A DNA stretch of 18,618 bases, from NCBI GenBank assembly GCA_963715985.1, contig CAVQSP010000019.1, positions 1 to 18,618 on the forward strand, read 5' to 3'. The position numbers were made by a program, and so were the translations under genes. The DNA is from an uncultured Thermoleophilia bacterium (GTDB lineage: Bacteria; Actinomycetota; Thermoleophilia; UBA2241). Below, in pieces: positions 7,530 through 16,251 of this stretch. Numbering within the stretch: position 1 is the stretch's first letter; the number at the start of each line of letters is the position of its first letter. The notes below the pieces were generated by a model. That model ran no database searches, was not told where the DNA came from, and saw only the letters and a program-made list of their open reading frames with translations.

Positions 7530-8281
7530 TGGGCAAGCCTAAGGTCGCGTTCTTCGATTTCACCTGCTGCGAGGGCTGCCAGATCGAGTTCACCAACTAC
7601 GGTGACGCGGCGTTCCTCGAGCTCATCAAGCACGTCGACGTCGTCGAGTTCCGCGAGGCCATGTCGGAGAAGACCACGGAGCCCATCACCATCGCCTTCG
7701 TCGAGGGCAGCTTCACGCGTGAGGCCGACCGCGCGCGGCTCGAGCGGATCCGCGAGCGCGCCGCCATCGTCATCGCCTACGGCCAGTGCGCGGCCGGCGC
7801 CGGCATCAACGCACTGAAGAACCACCTCTCCGACTACAAGCAGTTCGTGTACGGCGAGGACGCCGATCAGCCCCAGCTCGACTCGCAGAAGGCGCAGCCC
7901 ATCTCGGCGGCCATCAAGGTCGACTACTCGGCCTACGGCTGCCCCGTGAACAAGTACGAAGTCCTGCAGATCGTCGCTCACCTGCTGCACGGCAAGGAGC
8001 CGGTGATCCCCAACTATCCGGTCTGTGTGGAGTGCAAGCGCCGCGAGACCGTCTGCCGCTTCGACGAAGACGACCACTGCATGGGCATGGTCGCGCGCGC
8101 CGGATGCTCGGCGCCGTGTCCCGCCTACGGCGTCCCCTGCGAGGCGTGCCGCGGGTTCGTCGACCACCCCAACGTGCCCGCCCTCGAACGGGTGTTGGTG
8201 CACCGCGCCGGGTTCTCGCAGAAGCGGGCGGCCGAGAAGGCGCTCATGTTCACTGCCATTGACCTGGAGGCTACCTCATGA
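7529..8281 (+). CDS. hydD: Group 3b [NiFe] hydrogenase small (delta) subunit
   Basis: FTCCEGCQ, VEGS, GQCA, GCP, then CVECK...C..CMG...GCSAPCP...CEACRG; no Tat signal; TGATG overlap with the previous gene. Confidence 0.92.
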   Translation: MGKPKVAFFDFTCCEGCQIEFTNYGDAAFLELIKHVDVVEFREAMSEKTTEPITIAFVEGSFTREADRARLERIRERAAIVIAYGQCAAGAGINALKNHLSDYKQFVYGEDADQPQLDSQKAQPISAAIKVDYSAYGCPVNKYEVLQIVAHLLHGKEPVIPNYPVCVECKRRETVCRFDEDDHCMGMVARAGCSAPCPAYGVPCEACRGFVDHPNVPALERVLVHRAGFSQKRAAEKALMFTAIDLEATS

Positions 8282-9594
8282 CCACGAGTGCTCGTATCCG
8301 CGTCGACCACCTGACCCGCGTCGAGGGCCACGGCAACATCGTCGTCAATATCGCCGACGGCGTGGTCGAGAAGTGCGAGTGGCAGGTGCCGGAGGCCCCG
8401 CGCTTCTTCGAGTCCATGGTCCGCGGGCGCCACTACTCCGAGGTCGCCCGCATCACGAGCCGCATCTGCGGCATCTGCTCCGTGGGTCACACGCTCGCCT
8501 CGGTGAAGGCCACCGAGGAGGCGCTCGGCATCGAGGTCAGCGAGCAGAGCTGGAAGCTCCGCGAGCTGCTCAAGCACGCCGAGAACTTCGACTCGCACGT
8601 TCTGCACGTGAACTTCCTCGCGGCCCCCGACTTCCTCGGCGCGCCGTCGGTGTTCCCGCTGGTCGCGACGCACGCCGACGTGGTGGCGCGTGCCCTGCGC
8701 CTCAAGAGACTGGCGCACGAGTGGGGCTCGCTCATCGGCGGGCGTACCACCCACCCGATGAGCGTCGTCCCCGGCGGCATGGCGGCTGTGCCGACCACCA
8801 AGGAGCTCAAGGAGCTGCGGGAGCGACTTCTGGCCGCCGTGCCCGAGCTCGAGGCCACGGTCGCCACGGTCATCGCGCTGGCGCCCAACGTGCCGGCCTT
8901 CGACCGGCCCACCGAATACATCGCCCTGTCCAACGACAAGGACTATGGCCTGTACGACGGCGACATCCAGTCGGTGCTCCCCGACGGCACGAAGCAGCGC
9001 TACCCGGTCGCCGACTACAAGCAGGTGACCAACGAGTTCGTCGTGCCGCAGTCCACGGCCAAGTACACCAGACACAAGCTGGACTCCTACGCGGCGGGCG
9101 CCCTGGCGCGCTTCAACAACAACTACGACAGGCTCCATCCCGAGGCGAAAAAGGTCGCGGAGGTGCTCGGCATCCAGCCGATCTGCACCAACCCGTACAT
9201 GAACACGGTCGCGCAGGTCGTCGAGATCGCCTCGGACGTCTACGAGTCGGTCGCCCTGCTGGACGAGCTCATCGCCGCCGGGGTCGAGCTCGAGCCGCTC
9301 GTCGAGCCCACCAAGTTCGGCTCCGGCGCGGGCGCCACCGAGGTGCCGCGCGGCATCCTCTTCCACGAGTACAGCTACGATGACGCCGGCATGTGCCTCG
9401 GCGGCAACTGCATCATCCCGACCAACCAGAACCACAACAACATCCAGCACGACTTCGAGAAGCTCGTGCCTGAACTGGTCGCGCAGGACAAGAGCGAGAA
9501 GGAGATGGAACTGGCGCTCGAGATGCTCGTGCGCTCCTACGACCCCTGCATCTCGTGCTCGACGCACTACCTGGCCGTCAAGTTCGTGCGCTGA
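8278..9594 (+). CDS. hydA: Group 3b [NiFe] hydrogenase large (alpha) subunit
   Basis: TRVEGHG, PRFFE, L1 SRICGICSVGH, EVPRGILFH, L2 RSYDPCISCSTH plus an 8-residue cleavable tail. Confidence 0.97.
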   Translation: MTTSARIRVDHLTRVEGHGNIVVNIADGVVEKCEWQVPEAPRFFESMVRGRHYSEVARITSRICGICSVGHTLASVKATEEALGIEVSEQSWKLRELLKHAENFDSHVLHVNFLAAPDFLGAPSVFPLVATHADVVARALRLKRLAHEWGSLIGGRTTHPMSVVPGGMAAVPTTKELKELRERLLAAVPELEATVATVIALAPNVPAFDRPTEYIALSNDKDYGLYDGDIQSVLPDGTKQRYPVADYKQVTNEFVVPQSTAKYTRHKLDSYAAGALARFNNNYDRLHPEAKKVAEVLGIQPICTNPYMNTVAQVVEIASDVYESVALLDELIAAGVELEPLVEPTKFGSGAGATEVPRGILFHEYSYDDAGMCLGGNCIIPTNQNHNNIQHDFEKLVPELVAQDKSEKEMELALEMLVRSYDPCISCSTHYLAVKFVR

Positions 9595-9599
9595 GCAGG

Positions 9600-10055
9600 G
9601 TGCGCTATCTGGTCGGTGTAGGCAACTACATGGCCGGCGACGACGCCGTCGGCCCGCGTGTGGTGGAGCATGTCACGGTAAACGGCCTCGACCGCGACTT
9701 CGAGGCCGTTGACCTCTCCACCGACGCGCTCAGGCTGGTGGCGTACCTGAACTCCGAGACCGAGGCGGTGCTGGTGATCGACGCGGCGCAGCTGGGTCTA
9801 CCCCCCGGCGACTACCGCTTCTTCTCACCGGACGAGGTGGAGACGGAGAAGGAGCTGAGCGGCCTGACGACTCACGAGGGCGACGTGCTCAAGGTACTGG
9901 AGCTGGCGCGTGACGCCGGCTACCCGATCCCGCCCGTCGCCATCATGGGCATCGAGCCGTACGACATGGAGAGCGGGATCGAGTTGTCCGAGTGTCTGGG
10001 CGAGCGCGTGCCGGTGTATGCCGCTGCGGCGATCGAACACCTGGCGGGGCTGTGA
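9600..10055 (+). CDS. Hydrogenase maturation endopeptidase (HycI/HybD family)
   Basis: GVGNYMAGDDAVG, VIDAA, TTH, IMGIEP motifs. Start is GTG 9600 or CTG 9591 overlapping the hydA stop. Confidence 0.92.
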   Translation: MRYLVGVGNYMAGDDAVGPRVVEHVTVNGLDRDFEAVDLSTDALRLVAYLNSETEAVLVIDAAQLGLPPGDYRFFSPDEVETEKELSGLTTHEGDVLKVLELARDAGYPIPPVAIMGIEPYDMESGIELSECLGERVPVYAAAAIEHLAGL

Positions 10056-10161
10056 GCGGCGAACCTTCGGCGCGCCGCTCCACGCCGGGCCTGCGGCGGG
10101 AATCGAGCGGCGGACCTTCGGCGCGCCGCTCCACACCGGGCCTGCGGCGGGGACCGAGCGG
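10054..10161. repeat. Two 51-bp tandem copies plus a partial third, each with a hairpin, between convergent genes
   Basis: GAGCGGCG(A/G)ACCTTCGGCGCGCCGCTCCAC(G/A)CCGGGCCTGCGGCGGG.. at 10054 and 10105, partial at 10156; GAGCGGCG/CGCCGCTC stem. Confidence 0.85.
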
Positions 10162-10180
10162 TCCTCGACAGCCCCTGCCC

Positions 10181-11239
10181 TCACGCCGTCGGCGCCTCCG
10201 GGACGGTCACGGTGAACACGCTGCCGTGCCCCTCCTCGCTCTCGGCCGTGAGCCCGAACCGGTGGAGGCCGGCGATCTCGCGGGCGATGGCCAAGCCCAG
10301 GCCGGCGCCGTCCTGGTGGTGCTTCACCGCGAGGTCGGCCCTGTAGTCCTCGTCGAAGATCCGCGGGAGGCAGCGCTCCGGGATGCCGATGCCGTGGTCG
10401 CGGATGGAAAGCGTGAGCCGGCCGTCCGACAGCGACGTGAGGGCGATCTCCACCAGGCCGCCGTCGTGGGAGTAGATCACCGCGTTCTCGACGAGCTCGG
10501 AGAGAAGCGCAACCGTCTTCTGGGGGTCGCAGTCCACCAGATCGGGTCCGCCGTGCGGCAGGACCCGGATCTCGATGTCGCGCAGGGCGGCCGCCTCGGC
10601 GTGGCGCGCCACCGCCTCGTCGGTCACTTCGCCGAGGCGGACGGTGCTCATCTCGAGGCCGTCGCGGTCGACGCAGCGCAGGTCGGCCAGCATGCGCCGC
10701 TTGGCGAGGGCACCGAGCGCCGCGTCGCAGCGGGAGTGGATCTTCTCGACGATGTCGCGGGTGCGCTCGGGGATCTCCCCGGTGTAGCCGCCGAGGATCA
10801 CGTTGACGTAGCTCTGGATCGAGGACAGCGGCGACTTGACCTGATGCGAGGCCTGCCTCAGGTAGCGGGCCTTCTCGAGGTTCGCACGCTCGCCGACGGC
10901 GTCGATCTCGGCGAGCAGGTGAGCGATGAAGCGCGTGCCGGCGGCGCCGATCAGGCAGCTGTCCGGGTGTGTGCTCGCCTCGAGCACCGCGAGCACGTCC
11001 GCGTCGCCGCCGGTCTCGAGGACGAGGTCGACCTCGCCGTCGCCGGTGAGTTCGTCGAAGCGACCGTCGGTCCGGCAACGGATGCCGTTGTCGCGGGCGA
11101 GTGTCACCCCCGGGGCCGCAGGGTCCGCGTCGAACACGTAGCGGACCTCGACCCCGGGTACGCCGAGGAGCGCCCTGAGGATCGCGAGGCCCTGATCTCC
11201 TGCGCCCACGAGGGCGATGATGTACGTGTCCTGTCCCAT
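10181..11239 (-). CDS. Soluble sensor histidine kinase with N-terminal Rossmann-like (Gfo/Idh/MocA-like) domain
   Basis: N-terminus IIALVGAGDQG...VRYVFDADPAAPG...VDLVLETGG; H-box ASHQVKSPLSSI; N-box ELVENAVIYS; G1 DHGIGI; G2 GAGLGL; no transmembrane helix. Alternative start at 11254. Confidence 0.9.
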   Translation of the reverse strand: MGQDTYIIALVGAGDQGLAILRALLGVPGVEVRYVFDADPAAPGVTLARDNGIRCRTDGRFDELTGDGEVDLVLETGGDADVLAVLEASTHPDSCLIGAAGTRFIAHLLAEIDAVGERANLEKARYLRQASHQVKSPLSSIQSYVNVILGGYTGEIPERTRDIVEKIHSRCDAALGALAKRRMLADLRCVDRDGLEMSTVRLGEVTDEAVARHAEAAALRDIEIRVLPHGGPDLVDCDPQKTVALLSELVENAVIYSHDGGLVEIALTSLSDGRLTLSIRDHGIGIPERCLPRIFDEDYRADLAVKHHQDGAGLGLAIAREIAGLHRFGLTAESEEGHGSVFTVTVPEAPTA

Positions 11240-11337
11240 CCTGTCCTGTTCCATCCTGTCCTGTCCCTGTTTGACGGCGGCTATGATAGCTGGGCCGGTG
11301 AGAGTGTCCGAGCCCGACATTCAAATGGAGGTATGTC

Positions 11338-11733
11338 GTGAAGCGAGTCTACGTCATCGACGATGAACCGAGCATCGTGGAGTCGGTCTCGATGGTCCTC
11401 GAGAGCAGCGGCTACGTGGTCGGGTCCCAGAACGACGACAAGGACGTCGTCGCCAACGTCGTGGAGTTCGGCGCCGACCTTGTGATCATCGACGTCATGC
11501 TCCCCGAGGACACGGGCGCCGGGTTCAAGATCGCGCGTGACCTTCAGGCCGACGAGCGCACAACGGCCCTGCCGCGCCTCATGCTCACCGCCGTCAACGA
11601 GGCCGGCATCTACGTCGGAAAGTTCACGAACAAGGACCTGGACGAAGCGTGGCTCCCCGTGCAGGAGTTCGTGGAGAAGCCGGTCGTCCCCGAGCTGCTT
11701 CTGGCGAAGGTCGAGGCTCTCTGCCCGAGCTGA
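11338..11733 (+). CDS. Single-domain response regulator (receiver only)
   Basis: SD GGAGGT then GTG; VIDDE, IIDVMLP (phospho-Asp), MLTA, EKP; no output domain. Confidence 0.93.
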   Translation: MKRVYVIDDEPSIVESVSMVLESSGYVVGSQNDDKDVVANVVEFGADLVIIDVMLPEDTGAGFKIARDLQADERTTALPRLMLTAVNEAGIYVGKFTNKDLDEAWLPVQEFVEKPVVPELLLAKVEALCPS

Positions 11734-11830
11734 CGGGCTGGGAGCCCCGCCGGCCTCGCGGGCGGCGCCACCGCTCGCCTGCTCACGGCGACTCCCGCCT
11801 CGAGCGCTCGGCCGGGTCTCCTCTGAGCCG

Positions 11831-13303
11831 CTAGGGCCGCCGAGGTTCCGTCGGCGAGCACGAGGCGGCCGCGCGACCGGCGTGTTCGCCGTCCGCGGCC
11901 GCCTCCGCAGCCGACCCGCAGCCCTTCGCGGCGCCGGCGAGGAAGAGGCGGGGGCCGTGCGCAGCGAGCACCGTCGTGGCAGCGGCGCCGTCGAGGGTCA
12001 CGGGCGCGAGCGCGAAGCGCCCCTCGGCAAGAGCCTGCCGGGCGAGCTCCGCGCCCGCACGCCCGCCGACGGCCATGCACACGGTGTCGCAGGCGATGCG
12101 CGCGGTCCGCGGCCGTGCGTGGTCGTCGTCCCGGAGTACGAGCGAGACGGCGCCCACAGACGTCCTGCCGTGCCCGATAATGTCGCGCAGGCCCGTGTGA
12201 AGCGGGATGCCCGACGACTCGAGGCCCAGACGCTCGTCCGCCGCCACCTGGCGCGCCGGGCGGCGATCGGCGACAGCCGCCACCGCCACACCGTGCGCCG
12301 TGAGCTCGGCCGCCAGGGCGTACCCGTCGCTGCGGTCGGTGACGAGCACGACGGCGCGCCCCGGTCGCACGCCGCCGCGAAGCAGCCTGCGGGCGGCGCC
12401 GGCGGCGATGACGCCGGGCAGGTCGCCGCCGCGGAACGGCAGAAGCAGCTCGTGCGCGCCGGCGGCCAGCACCACCGCCGCCGGCTCCATCAGCACGAGG
12501 TCGTCGCCGTCGGTCAGGGCGACCACGCCTTCGTCGTACCAGCCCGCCACCTCGGCCGGGGCGAGCACCTCCACGCGCGGATGCTGCCGCACGGCGCGCT
12601 CGAGGACCTCGACGCGACCTCGGCCGGAGCCCGTGGGGGCCGCCGCGCCGCCCAGAGCGGGGTGCCTCTCGGCGAGCACCACCTCAGCTCCGCCCTCGGC
12701 GGCCGCCAAAGCAGCGCTGAGACCGGCCGGCCCGCCGCCGGCCACCAGCACGCCGACACCGGCGCGCCGGCGCAGACGCGCCCCGGCCAGCCGCCGCGCC
12801 GCCTCGGCGCTCGGCAGGTCACCCTGGCCGGCGGCACGGGCCAGGAGACGCTCGGCGGTGCTCCAGAGGCGCGGCGACCGGCGGAACCAGCGGTAGTAGA
12901 AGCCCGCGTGCAGCAGCGGGGCGGCCAGCTCGCCGCCGCGCATCAGGTCGAACTCCGCCGACGGCCACGCGTGCTCCCGCTCCACGACCATGCCCTCCCG
13001 CACGGGCGTCACGCAGGTGCGCACCCCGGGGAGCCCGTCCACGCGCATGGCACAGCAGGAGCAGGTGCCGTTGCCGCAGCGCAGGCCACGGGGGCGGTGA
13101 TACTTGGAGCTGCGCCCGAACACGCGCACACCGTGCGCGACGAGCGCGGCAGCGACGGTGTCGCCCTCGAGGGCCACGATGGGGCGGTCGTCGAAGACGA
13201 AACGGACGGGCCGCCGCTCCGCTCCGGCCTCCCGCATGCGCAGGGCGCCGGACCCCTCACCGCGGGCCGGCCGGCCGGCCCCCGGATCCCGCCCGGTCTT
13301 CAC
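11831..13303 (-). CDS. Sarcosine oxidase alpha-like / proline dehydrogenase alpha-like subunit (2Fe-2S + dinucleotide-binding), no folate domain
   Basis: GDTVAAAL, GRSSKYHRPRG, CGNGTCSCC...RTC, AWPS.EFD, AGFYYRWF, VAGGGPAGLSAA; only 490 aa. Confidence 0.85.
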   Translation of the reverse strand: MKTGRDPGAGRPARGEGSGALRMREAGAERRPVRFVFDDRPIVALEGDTVAAALVAHGVRVFGRSSKYHRPRGLRCGNGTCSCCAMRVDGLPGVRTCVTPVREGMVVEREHAWPSAEFDLMRGGELAAPLLHAGFYYRWFRRSPRLWSTAERLLARAAGQGDLPSAEAARRLAGARLRRRAGVGVLVAGGGPAGLSAALAAAEGGAEVVLAERHPALGGAAAPTGSGRGRVEVLERAVRQHPRVEVLAPAEVAGWYDEGVVALTDGDDLVLMEPAAVVLAAGAHELLLPFRGGDLPGVIAAGAARRLLRGGVRPGRAVVLVTDRSDGYALAAELTAHGVAVAAVADRRPARQVAADERLGLESSGIPLHTGLRDIIGHGRTSVGAVSLVLRDDDHARPRTARIACDTVCMAVGGRAGAELARQALAEGRFALAPVTLDGAAATTVLAAHGPRLFLAGAAKGCGSAAEAAADGEHAGRAAASCSPTEPRRP

Positions 13304-14541
13304 GTGTCCTCACCCGTGCTCACGACCAGGGAGGGCTCGACGATGAGGTCGCCGCTGCGCAGGCGCTCGAGCCCGAAACGGGCGAGCAGCGCCGGCGCCC
13401 GGCCGGTGGCGATCAGCTCGCCCAGCAGAGTCGCGCCGGCCGGCGCACCCATGAACCCGTACACCCAGCCGCAGTCGAGCACCAGGCCCTCGAGCTCGGG
13501 TACCCACCCAAGCAGCGGGGCGGCATCCTCGGTCTGGGACACCACACCCGCCCACTGGCGCATCATGCGAGCACCGGCCAGCGCCGGGAAGATCTGCGTG
13601 AACTTCGCCGCCATGTCACGCGCTCCGGCGAGCGAGGCGCGCAAGCTCTGCCCCGCTCGCGCGCGCCGCGGCTCCGTGCCGCCGACGAACTCGCCGCGCG
13701 TCGTCTGGTGACAGTAGGCGAGGTGCGCGGGAGAGCTGACGGCGGGACGCAGAAACGGACGCAGCGGCTCTGTCACCATCGCCTCCAGGACGAAGCTCCG
13801 CAGCGGCAGCTCCACGCCGGCGAGGCGGGCGAGGTCCGCGGCCATGCCGCCGGCGGCATCAACGACGATCGGTGCAGCCACGTGGCCGCGTGGCGTGGAC
13901 ACGCCGGTCACGGCGCCGGCCGAGGTCTCCACGCCGGTCACCTCGGTGTATGGGTGGATCTCGGCGCCGAGCCGCGACGCGGCCGCGGCGTAGGCCCACA
14001 CCACGGCGTCGTGGTGGGCGAAGCCGGCGTCTGGCTGGTACATGGCGCCGCGGGCCAGGCCGGAGGCCAGGGCCGGCGCCGCCTCGCGCGTCTCGGCGGC
14101 GTCCAATACCCGGGTGCGCAGCCCCGACTCGTGCTGCCGGCGGACGTGCCCCCGGAAGGCGGCGAGCTCCTCGTCGCTTCCGGCAAGGACCAGGTAGCCG
14201 GACGGCGTGAAGAGCACGTTGAAGTCGAGCTCCGCCGAGAGCGTGCGCCAGCGCCGCAGGCTGTCGTCGAAGAGGCCGATCCACTCGGGAGAGGCGAAGG
14301 CGGAGCGGATGAGCTCGCCGTTGCGGCCGCTCGCCCCGGCGCCCGGATAGGCGGCGTCGAGCACCGCGACGCGCCCGATGCCGCGCCGCGCCAGGTCGTA
14401 CGCCAGAGCGAGACCCTGGACACCGGCGCCGACGATGACGACGTCGTAGGCGCGCCGGAGCTCGCGCGGGCAGGCGCCGGGGATCACCCGGCCGCGGGCG
14501 CAGCGTGGCGGCGCCCGCGGCAGGGCCGCGCCCTCCGTCAC
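13300..14541 (-). CDS. FAD-dependent oxidoreductase (DAO family), sarcosine oxidase beta-like
   Basis: YDVVIVGAGVQG, GASGRNGELIRS, QPDAGFAHHDAVVWAYA, RQWAG, CGWVYGFMGAP. Confidence 0.9.
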   Translation of the reverse strand: MTEGAALPRAPPRCARGRVIPGACPRELRRAYDVVIVGAGVQGLALAYDLARRGIGRVAVLDAAYPGAGASGRNGELIRSAFASPEWIGLFDDSLRRWRTLSAELDFNVLFTPSGYLVLAGSDEELAAFRGHVRRQHESGLRTRVLDAAETREAAPALASGLARGAMYQPDAGFAHHDAVVWAYAAAASRLGAEIHPYTEVTGVETSAGAVTGVSTPRGHVAAPIVVDAAGGMAADLARLAGVELPLRSFVLEAMVTEPLRPFLRPAVSSPAHLAYCHQTTRGEFVGGTEPRRARAGQSLRASLAGARDMAAKFTQIFPALAGARMMRQWAGVVSQTEDAAPLLGWVPELEGLVLDCGWVYGFMGAPAGATLLGELIATGRAPALLARFGLERLRSGDLIVEPSLVVSTGEDT

Positions 14542-14819
14542 TTCTCGGCGCCTGGCGCGGCGGCCGCCAGCGTGCCCAGCCGCACGGGCGAGAGGGGCGG
14601 CCGCACCGGCGGCGCCGGCACGTCCGCGAGCTCGCGACCGGTGAGCTCGGCCAGCAGGCGGCGCACGGCCTCGCCGCAGCTCTTGCCCTGGCAGGGACCC
14701 GTGAAGGCGCCGGTGAACCGCTTCAGCGTCTCCACGTCGGTGTAGCCGGCCGCCACGGCGCGACGCACGTCGCCGGCCGTGACGTCACGGCAGAGGCAGA
14801 GGATGACCCGGTCGTCCAT
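14538..14819 (-). CDS. Small BFD-like (2Fe-2S)-binding subunit
   Basis: MDDRVILCLCRDVT...ETLKRFTGAFTGPCQGKSC...RPPLSPV; overlaps the start of the beta-like gene. Confidence 0.88.
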   Translation of the reverse strand: MDDRVILCLCRDVTAGDVRRAVAAGYTDVETLKRFTGAFTGPCQGKSCGEAVRRLLAELTGRELADVPAPPVRPPLSPVRLGTLAAAAPGAEK

Positions 14820-14880
14820 CACGCCGGTCGCCGGCCTGCACGCGCGCGCCCGCGCCCTGCCCGTCCCACCGCGAACGCCG

Positions 14881-16075
14881 TCAGTACGCGCACGTCTGCG
14901 TGACGTCCACGTGGATGTCCCGGCGGTTGCACTCCGCGAAGTAGGCCTCCGGCGGGATGCAGGCCTCACCGCCGAAGGCGCCGCGCTCAGTGATGACCCC
15001 CGCCCCAGCAGCAGCACCGTGACGGCGGAGAGGAAGCCCACGGTGAACGCCCCGCACGACATCCCCCACGCCGGGTACGGGTGCTGGATGCTCTCCAGCC
15101 GGTAGTCCTGCACCTGCCCGTCCTTCGTGCCGCGCACGTCGACGCGGAGCACCTTGTGGTCGTCGGGCGGCGGCGGTGTGGACGGAAGCCGCCGCCGCCT
15201 CCCCGCCGCCGCCAGCGAGCGGTCCACCAGCGCCATCAGGACGTCACGCGGCACGACGGACGTCCGGCCGACCTGAAGCGCCTCCTTGTCCGCGAGGCCG
15301 AGGTCCACGACGAAGCGCAGCTTGTCCTCGAACGCCTTGGGCAGCGAAAGCTGGAAGCTGACCTCGCGGATGCCCTTGTCGCGGAACGAGACGGGGATCG
15401 TGTGCGGCTCCGAGTGGATGGTGTAGAAGCAGGTCTGCGTGCCGACCGGCTCGGGGAAGTCGATCACCTCGGCGCCGGAGAACGGCGTCATCTCCTGCCA
15501 GTCGCCGTCCTTGAAGATCCACGGGTTCATCATGAACTCGTTGAGCAGCGTATCGAGGGAGTACGGCGGTACGAGGGGAGCCCAGGCCGCCGCGAAGTTG
15601 ACGATGCCGTCCCTGATGCGCACCCACTCGACGGTGTCGAGGCGCAGGGCGGCGTATCTCGCCATGACGTTGACGATGCCGGGGGCCGAGCCGGAGCCGC
15701 AGACGGCGGTGAGCCCGGCGGCGGCGAAACGGTCGCTCATCGCGAGCTGCTTCTTGGCCCAGTGGAAGAGGCCGCCCATGTCGGTGTAGTGACAGCCGGC
15801 GGCGAGGCACGCCTCCATGATGCCCTCGTTGAAGTAGGGCAGCGTGGCGTTGAGACACACGTCGCAGCCGTCGAGAACGGCGGCCATCGCCGCGTGGTCG
15901 GTGACGTCCACGACCGCCTTCGAGACCTTGGCGGAGTCGAGCGACTCGCCACGCCGCGCAGCGCCGCGGCGTCCGCGTCGGCCAGCACGAGCGCCTCGAC
16001 CTCGTCGTGCTCGACGAACTCCCGCACGGCGCCCAGCGCCATCCTGCCGGCGCCGCCCATCACGCAGACCTTCAC
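14881..16075 (-). CDS. Saccharopine dehydrogenase-family NAD(P)-dependent oxidoreductase (two apparent frameshifts, ~15942 and ~15000)
   Basis: SD GGAGGAG then GTG; MKVCVMGGAGRMA / VDVTD..CLNATLPYFN..CHYTDMGG..GSGSAPGIVNV..HSEPHTIP / GVITERGAFGGEACIPPEAYFAECNRRDI*. Confidence 0.85.
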
Positions 16076-16251
16076 CGGCGCTCCTCCCCGCCCCGGCGGC
16101 CGGCGACCCGGTTCACCTCCCCGTGCCTGCTCTCACGCGTCGACCGCCCGGCGGCCGGGCCGGACCGGGCTCGACGCTGGCACCGGGCGCGATGACGGAC
16201 AAGGGGCGGGACGGAAGGCATGCCGACGAGCCCAACCACTGGCCCGGCGCC

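Noticed and set aside
9535-9570. [NiFeSe] hydrogenase
   Set aside because: The L2 motif is DPCISC with TGC codons and no in-frame TGA.
14538-15911. Saccharopine dehydrogenase-BFD 2Fe-2S fusion (457 aa)
   Set aside because: Caused by a frameshift near 15000; the real dehydrogenase C-terminus ends at 14881 in another frame.
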